DNA from: Candidatus Aegiribacteria sp. | GTDB lineage: Bacteria; Fermentibacterota; Fermentibacteria; Fermentibacterales; JCC-6 | NCBI GenBank assembly: GCA_030613065.1 | Contig: JAUWMQ010000005.1 | Coordinates: 1 to 49,207 of the forward strand | Direction: 5' to 3' | Length of the DNA: 49,207 bases | Part shown: positions 36,837 through 47,146 of the stretch, one piece after another | Numbering within the stretch: position 1 is the first letter of the stretch | Layout: each line of letters begins with the position of its first letter | Program-made: the position numbers and the translations under genes | The notes under the pieces: generated by a model | Seen by the model: the letters and a program-made list of their open reading frames with translations, nothing else | Told to the model about the DNA's origin: nothing | Databases searched by the model: none

Positions 36837-37763
36837 ATGAAAAACCTATTCGATGCTCTGGCGAATACAAATAGATTGAGAATGACCCGCATACTTCTGC
36901 GGGGGCCGCTTAATGTAAGTGAGATAACCATTGTTCTGGGGCTGAGCCAGTCCAATGTAAGCCACAGTCTTCGTAAGCTGCTGGATGCCGGAATTGTATT
37001 AAGGAAGGGGAGGGGCAGCTGGGCTTATTACAGTCTGAATAGAAAATATCCAGTTCTGGAGATAATTCTTGATGGTATTTCCTTCGGCAGTAAGGAGATC
37101 GAGAATTATGAAAATGACATGTCCGAACTCAGGCTTTGTTATGATAAAAGAAAGTCCGAGGCCATCGAATTCTTTAACCGTGTGGCCTCAGAGCTTGATG
37201 AGGTGTCTTACCTTATGCCTGATCCTGAGGCTTACATTACGGATGTCATTGATTTGTATCCTGCAGAAAGCGCAATTCTTGATGCCGGGTGCGGCAGCGG
37301 CGAACTGGTTCTGAGACTTGCCAGAAGAGGTATGACCGTCATTGGGGTGGACCAGTCCCGGGAGATGCTGTCACAGGCGGGAAAGAGAGTAGAGTCCGAC
37401 GGTAACGGAAGAAACGTTGAGCTCCGCCTTGGTAGTGCCGAACACCTTCCCCTTGCGGACTCTTCAGTTGACGGAGTAATTGCCCATATGCTTCTTCATC
37501 ATTTAAGTGAACCTTCCATGTTTTTCAAGGAGGCTTCAAGGGTATGTGAGGAGAACGGAAGGTGCACTGTCATAGAGCTTGCGCCGCATGAGAATACCGA
37601 TCTTAAACGGATGCAGGGTGACCTCTGGCCGGGTCTTGACCGGGATGAAGTCAGAGTCTGGATGTCCTTTGCGGGATTCAGCGGAATTGAAGAAATTGTA
37701 ATTGATGATGCAAGAGTGTTCATTCTTTCAGGAGTTCTGGATGAGAGGAATTTTAATGGTTGA
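36837..37763 (+). CDS. sahR: ArsR-HTH + methyltransferase-fold regulator (SahR-type)
   Basis: ALANTNRLR...SQSNVSHSL ArsR HTH; [12 protein letters not shown] motif, MLLHH; overlaps ahcY. Confidence 0.82.
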   Translation: MKNLFDALANTNRLRMTRILLRGPLNVSEITIVLGLSQSNVSHSLRKLLDAGIVLRKGRGSWAYYSLNRKYPVLEIILDGISFGSKEIENYENDMSELRLCYDKRKSEAIEFFNRVASELDEVSYLMPDPEAYITDVIDLYPAESAILDAGCGSGELVLRLARRGMTVIGVDQSREMLSQAGKRVESDGNGRNVELRLGSAEHLPLADSSVDGVIAHMLLHHLSEPSMFFKEASRVCEENGRCTVIELAPHENTDLKRMQGDLWPGLDRDEVRVWMSFAGFSGIEEIVIDDARVFILSGVLDERNFNG

Positions 37764-39165
37764 CTACAAGGTTGCTGATATATCTCTGGCGGATTTCGGT
37801 CGTCGGGAAATAGAGATCGCCGAAAAAGAGATGCCCGGGTTGATGGCTGTCAGGGAAAAGCATGGAAAGAGCAGACCCCTGGATGGATTGAGGGTCACAG
37901 GTTCGCTTCACATGACCGTGCAGACCGCTGTACTGATAGAGACTCTGGTCGAGCTTGGAGCTGATGTAAGGTGGGCAAGCTGCAATATCTTCTCCACTCA
38001 GGATCATGCCGCAGCAGCGATTGCTGTGACGGGCATTCCTGTTTTTGCATGGAAGGGTGAGAGTCTTGACGAGTACTGGTGGTGTACCAGGAAGGCACTG
38101 AGTTTCCCAGGGGGGAAGGGACCCAGCCTGATAGTCGATGACGGCGGTGATGCTACCCTTATGGTTCACAGGGGATTTGCGCTGGAGCGTGACTTTGCAG
38201 AAACAGGTAAGCTTCCGGAGGTTATTGAAGGGTCGGTGGATGAAGTAGTCCTTGCTGCTAATCTCGTTGAAGGAATCCGTGAAAACCCGGGATACTGGAC
38301 TTCTATTGTTCCTGAGATAATCGGGGTTTCAGAAGAGACAACAACTGGTGTTCACAGACTCTACAGCATGTTGAAGGCAGGAATCCTGCTTTTTCCCGCA
38401 TACAATGTTAACGACTCAGTTACGAAGAGCAAGTTCGATAATTTTTACGGATGCCGGGAATCTCTTGCGGACGGGATCAAACGAGCCACGGATATTATGG
38501 TCGCCGGAAAGACCGTCCTCATCTGCGGGTACGGAGACGTGGGCAAAGGCTGTGCTCAGAGCATGAAAGGTTTCGGGGCAAGAGTCCTGATAACCGAGAT
38601 CGATCCTATCTGCGCTCTTCAGGCGGCAATGGAGGGCTTTGAAGTTACTACCGTTGAGGATGCATTGCCGGAGGTTACCATATTCGTAACAGCAACCGGC
38701 AACTACAACGTGTTAACCGCAGAGCATATGAGCATGATGAAAGACCAGTCCATAGTATGCAATATCGGTCACTTTGATAACGAGATCGAAGTTGCGGGGC
38801 TGGAGGCTCTGCCAGGTGTAATTAAAGAAGAGATCAAGCCGCAGGTTCACAGGTTCCGTTTTGCGGACGGTAATTGCATCTTCCTTCTTGCTGAGGGAAG
38901 GCTGGTCAATCTTGGATGCGCAACGGGGCATCCAAGCTTCGTGATGTCCAGCTCCTTCACCAACCAGTGTCTGGCACAGATAGTTCTGGCTGATGAGAGA
39001 CCCGGAATCGGTGTTTACATGCTCCCGAAGCTTCTTGATGAGGAAGTGGCCAGGCTGCATCTTGATAAGCTGGGAGTCAAATTGACAAAGCTGACTCCTA
39101 AGCAGGCAATGTACATCGGTGTTGAGCTGGAGGGTCCCTACAAACCGGAGCATTACAGATACTGA
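37756..39165 (+). CDS. ahcY: Adenosylhomocysteinase
   Basis: [68 protein letters not shown]; GAGG RBS before ATG 37756. Confidence 0.97.
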   Translation: MVDYKVADISLADFGRREIEIAEKEMPGLMAVREKHGKSRPLDGLRVTGSLHMTVQTAVLIETLVELGADVRWASCNIFSTQDHAAAAIAVTGIPVFAWKGESLDEYWWCTRKALSFPGGKGPSLIVDDGGDATLMVHRGFALERDFAETGKLPEVIEGSVDEVVLAANLVEGIRENPGYWTSIVPEIIGVSEETTTGVHRLYSMLKAGILLFPAYNVNDSVTKSKFDNFYGCRESLADGIKRATDIMVAGKTVLICGYGDVGKGCAQSMKGFGARVLITEIDPICALQAAMEGFEVTTVEDALPEVTIFVTATGNYNVLTAEHMSMMKDQSIVCNIGHFDNEIEVAGLEALPGVIKEEIKPQVHRFRFADGNCIFLLAEGRLVNLGCATGHPSFVMSSSFTNQCLAQIVLADERPGIGVYMLPKLLDEEVARLHLDKLGVKLTKLTPKQAMYIGVELEGPYKPEHYRY

Positions 39166-39268
39166 TTATTTGTGTTGACCGATGTGGCGGGGGAGAGTAC
39201 GGAATGCTTATATTCCCCGTCCTTCATGAGAGAAGTATGACCGGCAGTTTTAGACGAAAGGTAAAACA

Positions 39269-39667
39269 ATGGCAGACAAGATCAGAGTATTGCTGATTGA
39301 CGATGATTCAGATTTCATTGAAGCAAACAGCATTGTCCTTGAAGCCATCGGATTTGAGGTTCTGACTGCACTCAGCGGTGCTCGGGGCCTTGAAATGGTC
39401 AAGGAAGAAAATCCGGATGTTGTAGTGCTGGATGTGATGATGGAGCAGACAGATGAGGGTTTCGCGGTTGCCAGGAGAATTCGCACTAAATTGAGAAGCA
39501 ATGTTCCGATTCTGATGCTTACATCTGTGGGTAAAGTTACCGGTTACGATTTTAATCCGGAAGAGAATCCTGATTTCTTCCCGGTGGATATTTTTCTTGA
39601 GAAGCCTGTTCCTCCAGATGTGCTGGTTCAGAAGATCAAAGATCTGCTTGCGAAAGGAGACCGGTAA
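39269..39667 (+). CDS. Single-domain response regulator (REC)
   Basis: LLIDDD, VLDVMM (phospho-Asp), MLTS, EKP. Confidence 0.9.
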   Translation: MADKIRVLLIDDDSDFIEANSIVLEAIGFEVLTALSGARGLEMVKEENPDVVVLDVMMEQTDEGFAVARRIRTKLRSNVPILMLTSVGKVTGYDFNPEENPDFFPVDIFLEKPVPPDVLVQKIKDLLAKGDR

Positions 39668-40128
39668 TGCCACGCAATCCCGAAGAGATTGTCGCTGATG
39701 GTATTAGAGAATTCGGCGAAGGGCGTGAGAAGGTATTGCAGCTTCTCAATAAGGTCAACGAGGAGCTCAGCTGGATTCCGACAGCAGCGATCAATGCAAT
39801 AGCACAGGCAACTGGAATCAGTGTTGCCGAGGTATACAGTGTCGTAAGTTTCTACAGTTTTTTCAGCACCGAACCACGGGGCAGGAATATAGTTCGTCTT
39901 TGCAGCACCATCAGCTGCGCTATGACAGGACAGCGTGAAATTCTTGAAGCCCTGATGGACGAGTTCGGTATCGAACCATTTGAGACCACGGATGACGGCC
40001 GCCTTACCATTGAAACAACACCCTGCATCGGTCTTTGTGACCAGGCTCCGGCAATGCTGGTGAACGGTGAACCTCATGTAAAACTCACACCCGAAAAGGC
40101 GTGCGAGATCGTACGCGGACTGGGATAG
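39667..40128 (+). CDS. NuoE-like [2Fe-2S] subunit of an NAD-linked formate dehydrogenase
   Basis: EVYSVVSFYSFF, CSTISC, CIGLC..APAM. Confidence 0.9.
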   Translation: MPRNPEEIVADGIREFGEGREKVLQLLNKVNEELSWIPTAAINAIAQATGISVAEVYSVVSFYSFFSTEPRGRNIVRLCSTISCAMTGQREILEALMDEFGIEPFETTDDGRLTIETTPCIGLCDQAPAMLVNGEPHVKLTPEKACEIVRGLG

Positions 40129-40137
40129 GAGGCTTCA

Positions 40138-41343
40138 ATGGAAAAGAAAGTGTTGCTTGCTGAAAACCAACCCGAATTCGGTGCAGGATTTGAACTGGCT
40201 CTAACGATGTCTCCTGCGGATGTTGTCTTCATAGTGCGTGATTCCGGAATAAAAGGTCGCGGCGGGGCAGGATTTCCTACAGGAATCAAATGGAACCTTG
40301 CAGGTGCTGCCTCGTCCGATGTTAAATACGTGGTCTGTAACGCTGATGAGGGTGAACCGGGAACTTTCAAGGACAGGATCCTTCTGGAGAAGTATTCCGA
40401 AAGGCTTCTGGAGGGGATGGCTATCGGCGGGTATGCCATCGGCAGTTCCCATGGAATCATATACCTCAGGGCTGAATATCCCTACCTCATTCCGGCCATT
40501 AAAGAGGCCAGGAAGAACATGATTAACAGGGGGTTTCTTGGTAAGAACATCGGTGGCAAAGGATTTGACTTCGATGTGGAGATCAGAATCGGTGCGGGAG
40601 CATACATCTGCGGAGAGGAAACTTCTCTGATCGAGAGTCTTGAAGGCAAGAGTGGTTACCCTAGAAATAAGCCTCCCTTCCCGGTGAACAGCGGTTATCT
40701 TAACAAACCCACCATCGTTAACAATGTTGAGACCTTCTGTAACATTCCCCATATTGTTCTTAACGGACCTGAATGGTACGCTGATCTGGGAATCGGAGAC
40801 TGTTCTGGAACCAAACTATTCAGTATTTCCGGTAATGTTGAGAAACCCGGGGTGTACGAGCTTCCTCTTGGAGCACCCCTTAAGGATCTCCTTGAACTCG
40901 CAGGAGCGGGCGATATCCAGGCTGTTCAAGTTGGCGGTGCAAGCGGAAGGACTATCCCCGCATCCGAAATTCACAGGTCCCTCTCCTTCGGCGATCTTCC
41001 ACCTGGAGGCTCCGTGATCGTGTTCGACAGCACTGTGAACATGCTGGAAGTATTGGAGAACTTCATGGAGTTCTTTGTTCACGAGTCATGTGGACAGTGC
41101 GTTCCATGCCGTGAAGGAACTCTTCAGCTTATGAACGCTGTTGATGATCTGATCTGTGGTGATATATGCTGCAGAGAGGATCTGGACAACTGCTTCAGAC
41201 TGGCTGAGGTAATGAGGATCACCAGTAAATGTGGTCTGGGTCAGACAGCGGTCAACTGCTTCGTAGATATCATTAACAACTTCGTAGATTTCACAGATGA
41301 ATGCCTCAGCGAAGAGTGCTGCTGCGAAAGAGGTGATCAATAG
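40138..41343 (+). CDS. NuoF-like FMN/NADH-binding subunit
   Basis: GRGGAGFPTG.KW, NADEGEPGTFKDR, GAGAYICGEET, ESCGQCVPCREG, SKCGLG. Confidence 0.92.
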   Translation: MEKKVLLAENQPEFGAGFELALTMSPADVVFIVRDSGIKGRGGAGFPTGIKWNLAGAASSDVKYVVCNADEGEPGTFKDRILLEKYSERLLEGMAIGGYAIGSSHGIIYLRAEYPYLIPAIKEARKNMINRGFLGKNIGGKGFDFDVEIRIGAGAYICGEETSLIESLEGKSGYPRNKPPFPVNSGYLNKPTIVNNVETFCNIPHIVLNGPEWYADLGIGDCSGTKLFSISGNVEKPGVYELPLGAPLKDLLELAGAGDIQAVQVGGASGRTIPASEIHRSLSFGDLPPGGSVIVFDSTVNMLEVLENFMEFFVHESCGQCVPCREGTLQLMNAVDDLICGDICCREDLDNCFRLAEVMRITSKCGLGQTAVNCFVDIINNFVDFTDECLSEECCCERGDQ

Positions 41344-44030
41344 TGCATAACATTTCAATCAAGATCAACGGCCAGGCGTACAGCATCCGTGAAGGTTCCA
41401 CGATCCTTGAAGCCTGTCGGGAAGCCGGCATTGAAGTACCGACTTTGTGTCATCATCCCAAGGTGAATATTTCGGGTAACTGTCGTATCTGTGTTGTTGA
41501 GATCGAGGGTTGGAACACACTTGCTACAGCCTGTGTGACACCAATAATACCCAACATGATCGTCAGAACTCATAGTTCAAGAGTAATCGAATCCAGGAAA
41601 GTCGTGGCGAACCTTCTGCTTGCCGCGCACAACTGTGACTGCATGGTTTGTGATACTGCCGGTATCTGTGAACTGCAGGATCTTGCATACGATCTTGGGA
41701 TAGACTCACGCTCAAGAATGTTCGACAGTTTCGATAGATCTCTGGAACTAGTTGACGATTCATCACCTGTACTGAAATACGATCCTTCGAAGTGCATCAT
41801 GTGCACGAGATGTGTAAAAGCATGCAGGGACATCCAGGGTAAGGGAATAATAGCTGTTCTGAACCGCGGAGCGGACATGAGAGTCGGCACTGGTGTAAAC
41901 CTCTTGGATATATCAGACTGCGATGGATGTGGTGAGTGTGTTCAGATCTGTCCTACTGGCGCTCTTTCCGCGAAGGTTTCAACCGGTGTTAGAAGCTGGG
42001 AAGTCGAGAAAACCCGCACCAGCTGCTCCTACTGTGGAGTCGGATGCCAGCTGGACATGTGGGTTCATGGTAACAAGCTTGTAAAAGTTGAAGGTTCAGA
42101 TATAGTTCCCAACTACGGATCGACCTGCGTGAAGGGCCGCTATGGCCATACGTTCATCGACAGTGATGATCGACTCAAGACACCTCTGATCAGGCGTAAT
42201 GGAGCATTAGTCGAAGCCACCTGGGATGAGGCTATTTCGCATATTGCGGAGAAAATCGGGAAGATCAGGGAAGAGAACGGTCCTGACGCGATTGCAGGTC
42301 TTTCTTCCGCCAGGGTTACCAACGAGGAGAACTACCTTTTCCAGAAGATGATGCGTGCGGCTGTGGGAACCAACAATGTCGACCATTGCGCAAGACTGTG
42401 TCATGCTTCGACTGTTGCTGGCCTGGCGGCAGCTTTCGGATCGGGAGCGATGACCAACTCTATTGCAGAGCTTGAGCACGCGAAATGTATTCTGGTTACA
42501 GGTTCGAACACAACCGAGACTCATCCGGTAATTGCGACAATCATCAAACGTGCTGTCCGTGAACACGGTGCAAAGCTCATAGTAGTGGATCCCAGAAGAA
42601 TAGATCTGGTGGAACATGCAACCCTCTGGCTGAGACAGAAGAACGGTACCGATGTAGCATGGATGAATGGTTTGATGAATGTGATCATCAGCGAGAACCT
42701 TCAGGATAAAGCGTACATCAGCGAAAGAACGGAAGATTTCGAAGCCGTGAGCAAGATGGTTGAGCGTTTCACTCCTGAAATGGTAGAAGAGATCACAACC
42801 ATTCCTGCTGAGAAGATAAGGCAAGCAGCAAGGATCTTCGCAACTGCTGAAGTGTCGTCCATCGTTTATTCGATGGGTATCACCCAGCACATAACGGGAA
42901 CGGACAATGTCCTCTCCACGGCGAATCTTGCCATGCTTACCGGAAATGTCGGGAAACCCTCCGGTGGTGTTAATCCACTCCGAGGTCAGAACAACGTTCA
43001 GGGTGCCTGCGATCTTGGAGCGCTTCCCAACGTCTACTCGGGATACCAGAAGGTTGCTGATCCTGCTTCACAGGAGAAGTTCGAAAAGGCATGGGGAAGA
43101 AAGTTATCGAAAGATAACGGGCTCACGGTTGTGGAGATCATCAACGGTCTGGAAAGCGGTGATGTGAAGGGCCTCATCATTATGGGTGAGAACCCCATGG
43201 TTTCTGATCCCAATCTCAACCATGTGGAGAAAGCTCTGGAGAGTGCTGAGTTCCTGGTTGTCTGTGATATCTTCCTTACTGAAACTGCAGAGAAAGCGGA
43301 CGTTGTTTTACCTGCTGCTTCCTTTGCCGAGAAAGAGGGAACTTTCACAAACACCGAACGTCGGATTATCCTTCTCAGGAAATTTCTCGATGCTCCTGGT
43401 GAGGCCAGACCCGACTGGAAGATAATCTGCGACCTGTCCACATCTTTTGGATACCCCATGAGCTATGCGGACCCCGCTGAGATCATGGATGAGATCGCCA
43501 GTGTTACTCCCATTTACGGTGGCATTCATCATAACAGAATCCAGGAGACAGGCCTTCAGTGGCCCTGTCCTGATGATACACATCCCGGGACGATGTATCT
43601 GCATAAAGGTGAATTCAAGCGAGGCAAAGGAAAATTTCACCCGGTTGATTTCATTCCCCCGGCAGAACTTCCGGATGCAGAGTATCCTTTCATCCTATCC
43701 ACCGGCAGGATACTATTTCACTACCATACCGGAAGCATGTCCCGGCGGGCTCCAGCGCTTAACGAATATGTGAGCGGTGGATACGCTGAAATTCACCCGG
43801 CTGATGTTAAACGCCTTGAGCTTGTAGATGGAGGACCGGTCAGTATCAGTACAAGAAGAGGTCAGATAGAAACAACTGTTAAATCGACGGAAAAGGTAGA
43901 AATAGGTTCTGTTTTTGTCCCGTTCCACTTTGCGGAAGCTGCTGCGAACAGGCTCACGAACGATGCTCTTGATCCCAAGGCAAAGATTCCTGAGTTGAAG
44001 GTAGCAGCATGTCAGGTATCAAAAATTTAA
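41343..44030 (+). CDS. fdhF: Formate dehydrogenase alpha subunit (Mo/W-bis-PGD, Cys-containing) with an N-terminal NuoG-like Fe-S module
   Basis: PTLC, CRIC, H..C..C.....C, two CxxCxxC motifs, CSYCGVGC, DHCARLCH (Cys ligand), RGQNNVQG, TNTERR. Confidence 0.93.
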   Translation: MHNISIKINGQAYSIREGSTILEACREAGIEVPTLCHHPKVNISGNCRICVVEIEGWNTLATACVTPIIPNMIVRTHSSRVIESRKVVANLLLAAHNCDCMVCDTAGICELQDLAYDLGIDSRSRMFDSFDRSLELVDDSSPVLKYDPSKCIMCTRCVKACRDIQGKGIIAVLNRGADMRVGTGVNLLDISDCDGCGECVQICPTGALSAKVSTGVRSWEVEKTRTSCSYCGVGCQLDMWVHGNKLVKVEGSDIVPNYGSTCVKGRYGHTFIDSDDRLKTPLIRRNGALVEATWDEAISHIAEKIGKIREENGPDAIAGLSSARVTNEENYLFQKMMRAAVGTNNVDHCARLCHASTVAGLAAAFGSGAMTNSIAELEHAKCILVTGSNTTETHPVIATIIKRAVREHGAKLIVVDPRRIDLVEHATLWLRQKNGTDVAWMNGLMNVIISENLQDKAYISERTEDFEAVSKMVERFTPEMVEEITTIPAEKIRQAARIFATAEVSSIVYSMGITQHITGTDNVLSTANLAMLTGNVGKPSGGVNPLRGQNNVQGACDLGALPNVYSGYQKVADPASQEKFEKAWGRKLSKDNGLTVVEIINGLESGDVKGLIIMGENPMVSDPNLNHVEKALESAEFLVVCDIFLTETAEKADVVLPAASFAEKEGTFTNTERRIILLRKFLDAPGEARPDWKIICDLSTSFGYPMSYADPAEIMDEIASVTPIYGGIHHNRIQETGLQWPCPDDTHPGTMYLHKGEFKRGKGKFHPVDFIPPAELPDAEYPFILSTGRILFHYHTGSMSRRAPALNEYVSGGYAEIHPADVKRLELVDGGPVSISTRRGQIETTVKSTEKVEIGSVFVPFHFAEAAANRLTNDALDPKAKIPELKVAACQVSKI

Positions 44031-44050
44031 TGAAACTAGGAGGATATTCA

Positions 44051-44869
44051 ATGGACGTGAACTGCACTCCGCCAGCAGCTGTTGCAGAAGCGCTGGCGAA
44101 CAATATTGGTGTCAAAAAGGCACAGAACAGCTTCAAGAATCTGCTCATCCTGGGCATTTTCGCTGGTGTTTATATCGCTTTTGGAGCGCAGCTGGCAACA
44201 ATAGTAGGGCATGATATCTCCCAATACCTTGGAGTTGGAATCGCCAAACTCGTTATCGGTTCAGTTTTCAGCGTTGGCCTGATGCTTGTTGTCATTGCCG
44301 GTGCTGAACTTTTCACCGGCAATAACCTGATCATGATGTCCGTTCTTAACAAACAGACATCTCTCGGATCATTGCTTCGGAATTGGGGTATAGTCTTTTT
44401 CGCCAACCTTATCGGTTCACTGCTGATCGTATGGCTTATTCACAGCTCAGGGCTTCTGAACGTAAATGACGGAGCTGTCGGAGCTAAGGCTGTCGCTATT
44501 GCAAATGGCAAAGTGAACCTGGGTTTCATGGAGGCTTTTTCAAGAGCCATTCTCTGTAACTGGCTTGTATGCCTCGCAGTATGGCTTGCCGTTGCGGCCA
44601 AGACTGTCATTGGAAAGATATTCGCATGTTTCTTCCCGATCATGGCTTTCGTAGCCAGCGGTTTTGAGCATAGCATCGCTAACATGTACTTCATTCCCAT
44701 CGGAATACTTAACAAGGGTATGGCTGCTGTCGGGATGGATGTTTCCAACCTGAACATAGGTGGATTCATTAGTAATCTTATCCCTGTGACTCTTGGCAAT
44801 ATTGTCGGTGGAGCATTTTTCGTCTCAACACTTTACTACATCGTGTTCCTCAAGGGAAAGAAAGCGTAA
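44051..44869 (+). CDS. fdhC: Formate/nitrite transporter (FdhC/FocA family)
   Basis: GAELFTGN, ANLIG, LCNWLVCLA, FVASGFEHSIANM, TLGNIVGG; GGAGG RBS before ATG 44051. Confidence 0.92.
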   Translation: MDVNCTPPAAVAEALANNIGVKKAQNSFKNLLILGIFAGVYIAFGAQLATIVGHDISQYLGVGIAKLVIGSVFSVGLMLVVIAGAELFTGNNLIMMSVLNKQTSLGSLLRNWGIVFFANLIGSLLIVWLIHSSGLLNVNDGAVGAKAVAIANGKVNLGFMEAFSRAILCNWLVCLAVWLAVAAKTVIGKIFACFFPIMAFVASGFEHSIANMYFIPIGILNKGMAAVGMDVSNLNIGGFISNLIPVTLGNIVGGAFFVSTLYYIVFLKGKKA

Positions 44870-44881
44870 ACGCTTCCTGTA

Positions 44882-44914
44882 AGGGAAGGGCTGCTGACTC
44901 AGCAGCTCTTCCCT
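44882..44914 (+). terminator. Strong intergenic hairpin (terminator or mRNA stabiliser)
   Basis: AGGGAAGGGCTGCTGA-C-TCAGCAGCTCTTCCCT inverted repeat (one G-U pair); no U-tract. Confidence 0.55.
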
Positions 44915-44932
44915 CGAAGTGAGAACAAAATA

Positions 44933-45631
44933 ATGTCAGTGACAGACAGAATAATAATTACGACGATCAAAGACGGAAAAACTGTAGAGCGCGAGGACAC
45001 TCTCGTTCAGCAGATGACATACACTCTGGAATTGAACGGGGTACACGCCATTACTTCTGTCTGTTGCCCGGGAGATCTTCAGTCTCTTGCCTATGGATAC
45101 CTGGCAACACAGGGTTACATATCGCGAGGTGACAAGCCCTCATCTATGAAACAGATCGGATGTACTGTAAGAATTGCATTTGGTGAAACCCCGGTCGTAA
45201 AGGAACTGGTACCGGTAGCGTCAGATTACAGGGTCACACCGGAAATCATAGTGAAACAGGTAGTTGAATCTGTTAAGGCAGGAGTAATCTTTAATGAAAC
45301 AGGTGCAACACACTCTGCTTCAATAAGCCGGGAAGATTCTATTGAGTGTTACGTAGAGGACATAAGCCGCTCGGCTGTGTTAGAAAAAGTTATCGGTTCC
45401 GCATACCTGAAGAATCTTGAGATCCATCGATCATTCATTATTCTGTCATCTCGTGTTCCATCAGCTTTTGTCAGAAAGATAGCAAGGGTTGGTGTTCCGA
45501 TCATTGCTGCTATTTCTGCACCTACTGTGCAAGCTGTCAATGAGGCGGATAAGCTGGGTATATGTCTTTGCGGTTTTGTCCGGGGTAATCGAATGAATGT
45601 ATATGCAAACAAATGGCGCCTGGGTCTATGA
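44933..45631 (+). CDS. fdhD: Formate dehydrogenase accessory protein FdhD (divergent)
   Basis: P..L..LAYGYL, F..TG.TH, SSRV, ISAPT..AV..A, GFVRG.RMNVY; operon context. Confidence 0.8.
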   Translation: MSVTDRIIITTIKDGKTVEREDTLVQQMTYTLELNGVHAITSVCCPGDLQSLAYGYLATQGYISRGDKPSSMKQIGCTVRIAFGETPVVKELVPVASDYRVTPEIIVKQVVESVKAGVIFNETGATHSASISREDSIECYVEDISRSAVLEKVIGSAYLKNLEIHRSFIILSSRVPSAFVRKIARVGVPIIAAISAPTVQAVNEADKLGICLCGFVRGNRMNVYANKWRLGL

Positions 45632-46215
45632 TCTTCAAAGAGACTTCACTGCTTATCCTTGCGGGTGGAGCATCCAGCCGTATGGGTTGTCCGAAGCATC
45701 TTCTACCGGTTTTCGGCGGGACGATGATGGATAGCATAATAAACCGTCTCGGAGGGATGTTCGCAGAAACCATTGTTGCCGGCAGGGGTATTGAACTTAA
45801 TCACAGAGACGCAAGGATCGTGGAGGATATCAGGCCTGAGCAAAGTCCATTGGTCGGGATACTATCGGGTTTGAAGGCATCGAGTACGTCAAATGTATTC
45901 GTGCTGGGGTGTGATATGCCTTTCGTTAAGCCCGGTTTAATACACCTTCTTACCTCCAGAAAAGATGATACAAGTGATGTAGTAATTCCTGTCATAAGGG
46001 GGTATTTTGAGCCTCTTTGCGCGATTTACAGCTGCAGGACTTCAGATAGAATCGCGCAGTACATTGATTCGGGAGGTAGAAAAGTAACAGGTTTTTTTCA
46101 GACTGTGAACGTAGCGGAAGTCCGGGAATCCGAGATCAGATTATTCGACCCTCTTCTCAAATCGTTTACTAACCTTAATACACCCAACGACTATCGCAAT
46201 TACTATCTTTCATAG
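45628..46215 (+). CDS. mobA: Molybdenum cofactor guanylyltransferase
   Basis: ILAGG.SSRMG.PK, PLVGI, CDMPF, EPLCAIY, NLNTP.D; ATGA overlap with fdhD. Confidence 0.9.
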   Translation: MIFKETSLLILAGGASSRMGCPKHLLPVFGGTMMDSIINRLGGMFAETIVAGRGIELNHRDARIVEDIRPEQSPLVGILSGLKASSTSNVFVLGCDMPFVKPGLIHLLTSRKDDTSDVVIPVIRGYFEPLCAIYSCRTSDRIAQYIDSGGRKVTGFFQTVNVAEVRESEIRLFDPLLKSFTNLNTPNDYRNYYLS

Positions 46216-46625
46216 TTCCCGAAAGAACCCTCTCAAGCATTAATGTCATGAACTTCAGACCCAGGAGGCAGCATTTCGTATTCTATTTCCTGTGCTTCAT
46301 GCACTTCTCAATATCCCTGTAGTAATTCGCGTGTGGGCCGATCATGATTAATTCAAGAGTATCGGCATCCTTCCCTTATCAGGCGGCTGGTTCATACAGT
46401 TATTCTAGACTTCATTGCATTCAATAATTCATTGCTTCGTACTTAAGAATTACAATAGCGTGAAGTGACAGGTAGCACAAGACATCAGTATCAGGTTTAT
46501 CTGTACCATTTTGCCCGAATTAATTCGTACCAGCCTGTTGTCGTCAGGATTGTTGTATACCGGGGGATTGAGCGATTGCTTCGATGACTTTCAGAATTCT
46601 CTTTTCACCCTTCAGATTTACTGGA

Positions 46626-46654
46626 TTGACGTATGACGTAATGCGTAATAGTAT
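46626..46654 (+). promoter_or_regulatory. higB promoter with a palindromic operator
   Basis: TTGACG (46626-31)-N17-TAGTAT (46649-54); imperfect palindrome TATGACGTAATGCGTAATA in the spacer; ATG 6 nt later with no RBS. Confidence 0.6.
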
Positions 46655-46660
46655 TCTATA

Positions 46661-46853
46661 ATGATTAAATCATTCAAGTGCAGGGACACGAAAAAGCTTT
46701 TCAACGATATTGATGTTCCCAAATTCAGGAGTATCAATAGGGCTGCAAGAATAAAACTTGAAGTCTTGCATGCGACCGTTTCTCTTCAAAGCCTGCGAGT
46801 TTCATCGGGAAACAGACTTGAGCAATTGCAAGGTAAGAGGAAAAGGCAGCATA
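46661..46853 (+). pseudogene. higB: HigB (RelE/ParE-family) toxin, 5' part, interrupted by a mobile element
   Basis: MIKSFKC.DT.KLF...KL..L...L..LR...GNRLE.L.G.RK.QH; similarity stops where SIRIN..WRICF is expected. Confidence 0.78.
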
Positions 46854-47146
46854 ACGAGTTAAGGATTCGTAGCGCACGTGTGCGCTGCAATTCTGTGTTG
46901 AATTAAGCGGTGCGTCTATTTGGATTTTCTATTCGTGGCGTATGGTGATCATAGTCTCTTGAAAACAGTCAAAAACAGTAAAGTATCCGGTCGGACTTGT
47001 GGAGTTCAGGCCGGTTCTCTTGTATTTCCGGGTAGCATCGGTCATCAGGATTGATGGCTCAGAGATTTTGGGTAGACCGGTTCCTGGCCGCTTCATTGTG
47101 GTTTTCAGCGGCATATACCATGTGGGATAGTACAATCTCTCTTCTC

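Noticed and set aside
42390-42410. Selenocysteine recoding in formate dehydrogenase
   Set aside because: The ligand codon is TGT (Cys) and the ORF has no in-frame TGA.
42207-42890. 227-aa minus-strand ORF
   Set aside because: Antisense to the conserved fdhF; no recognisable motifs.
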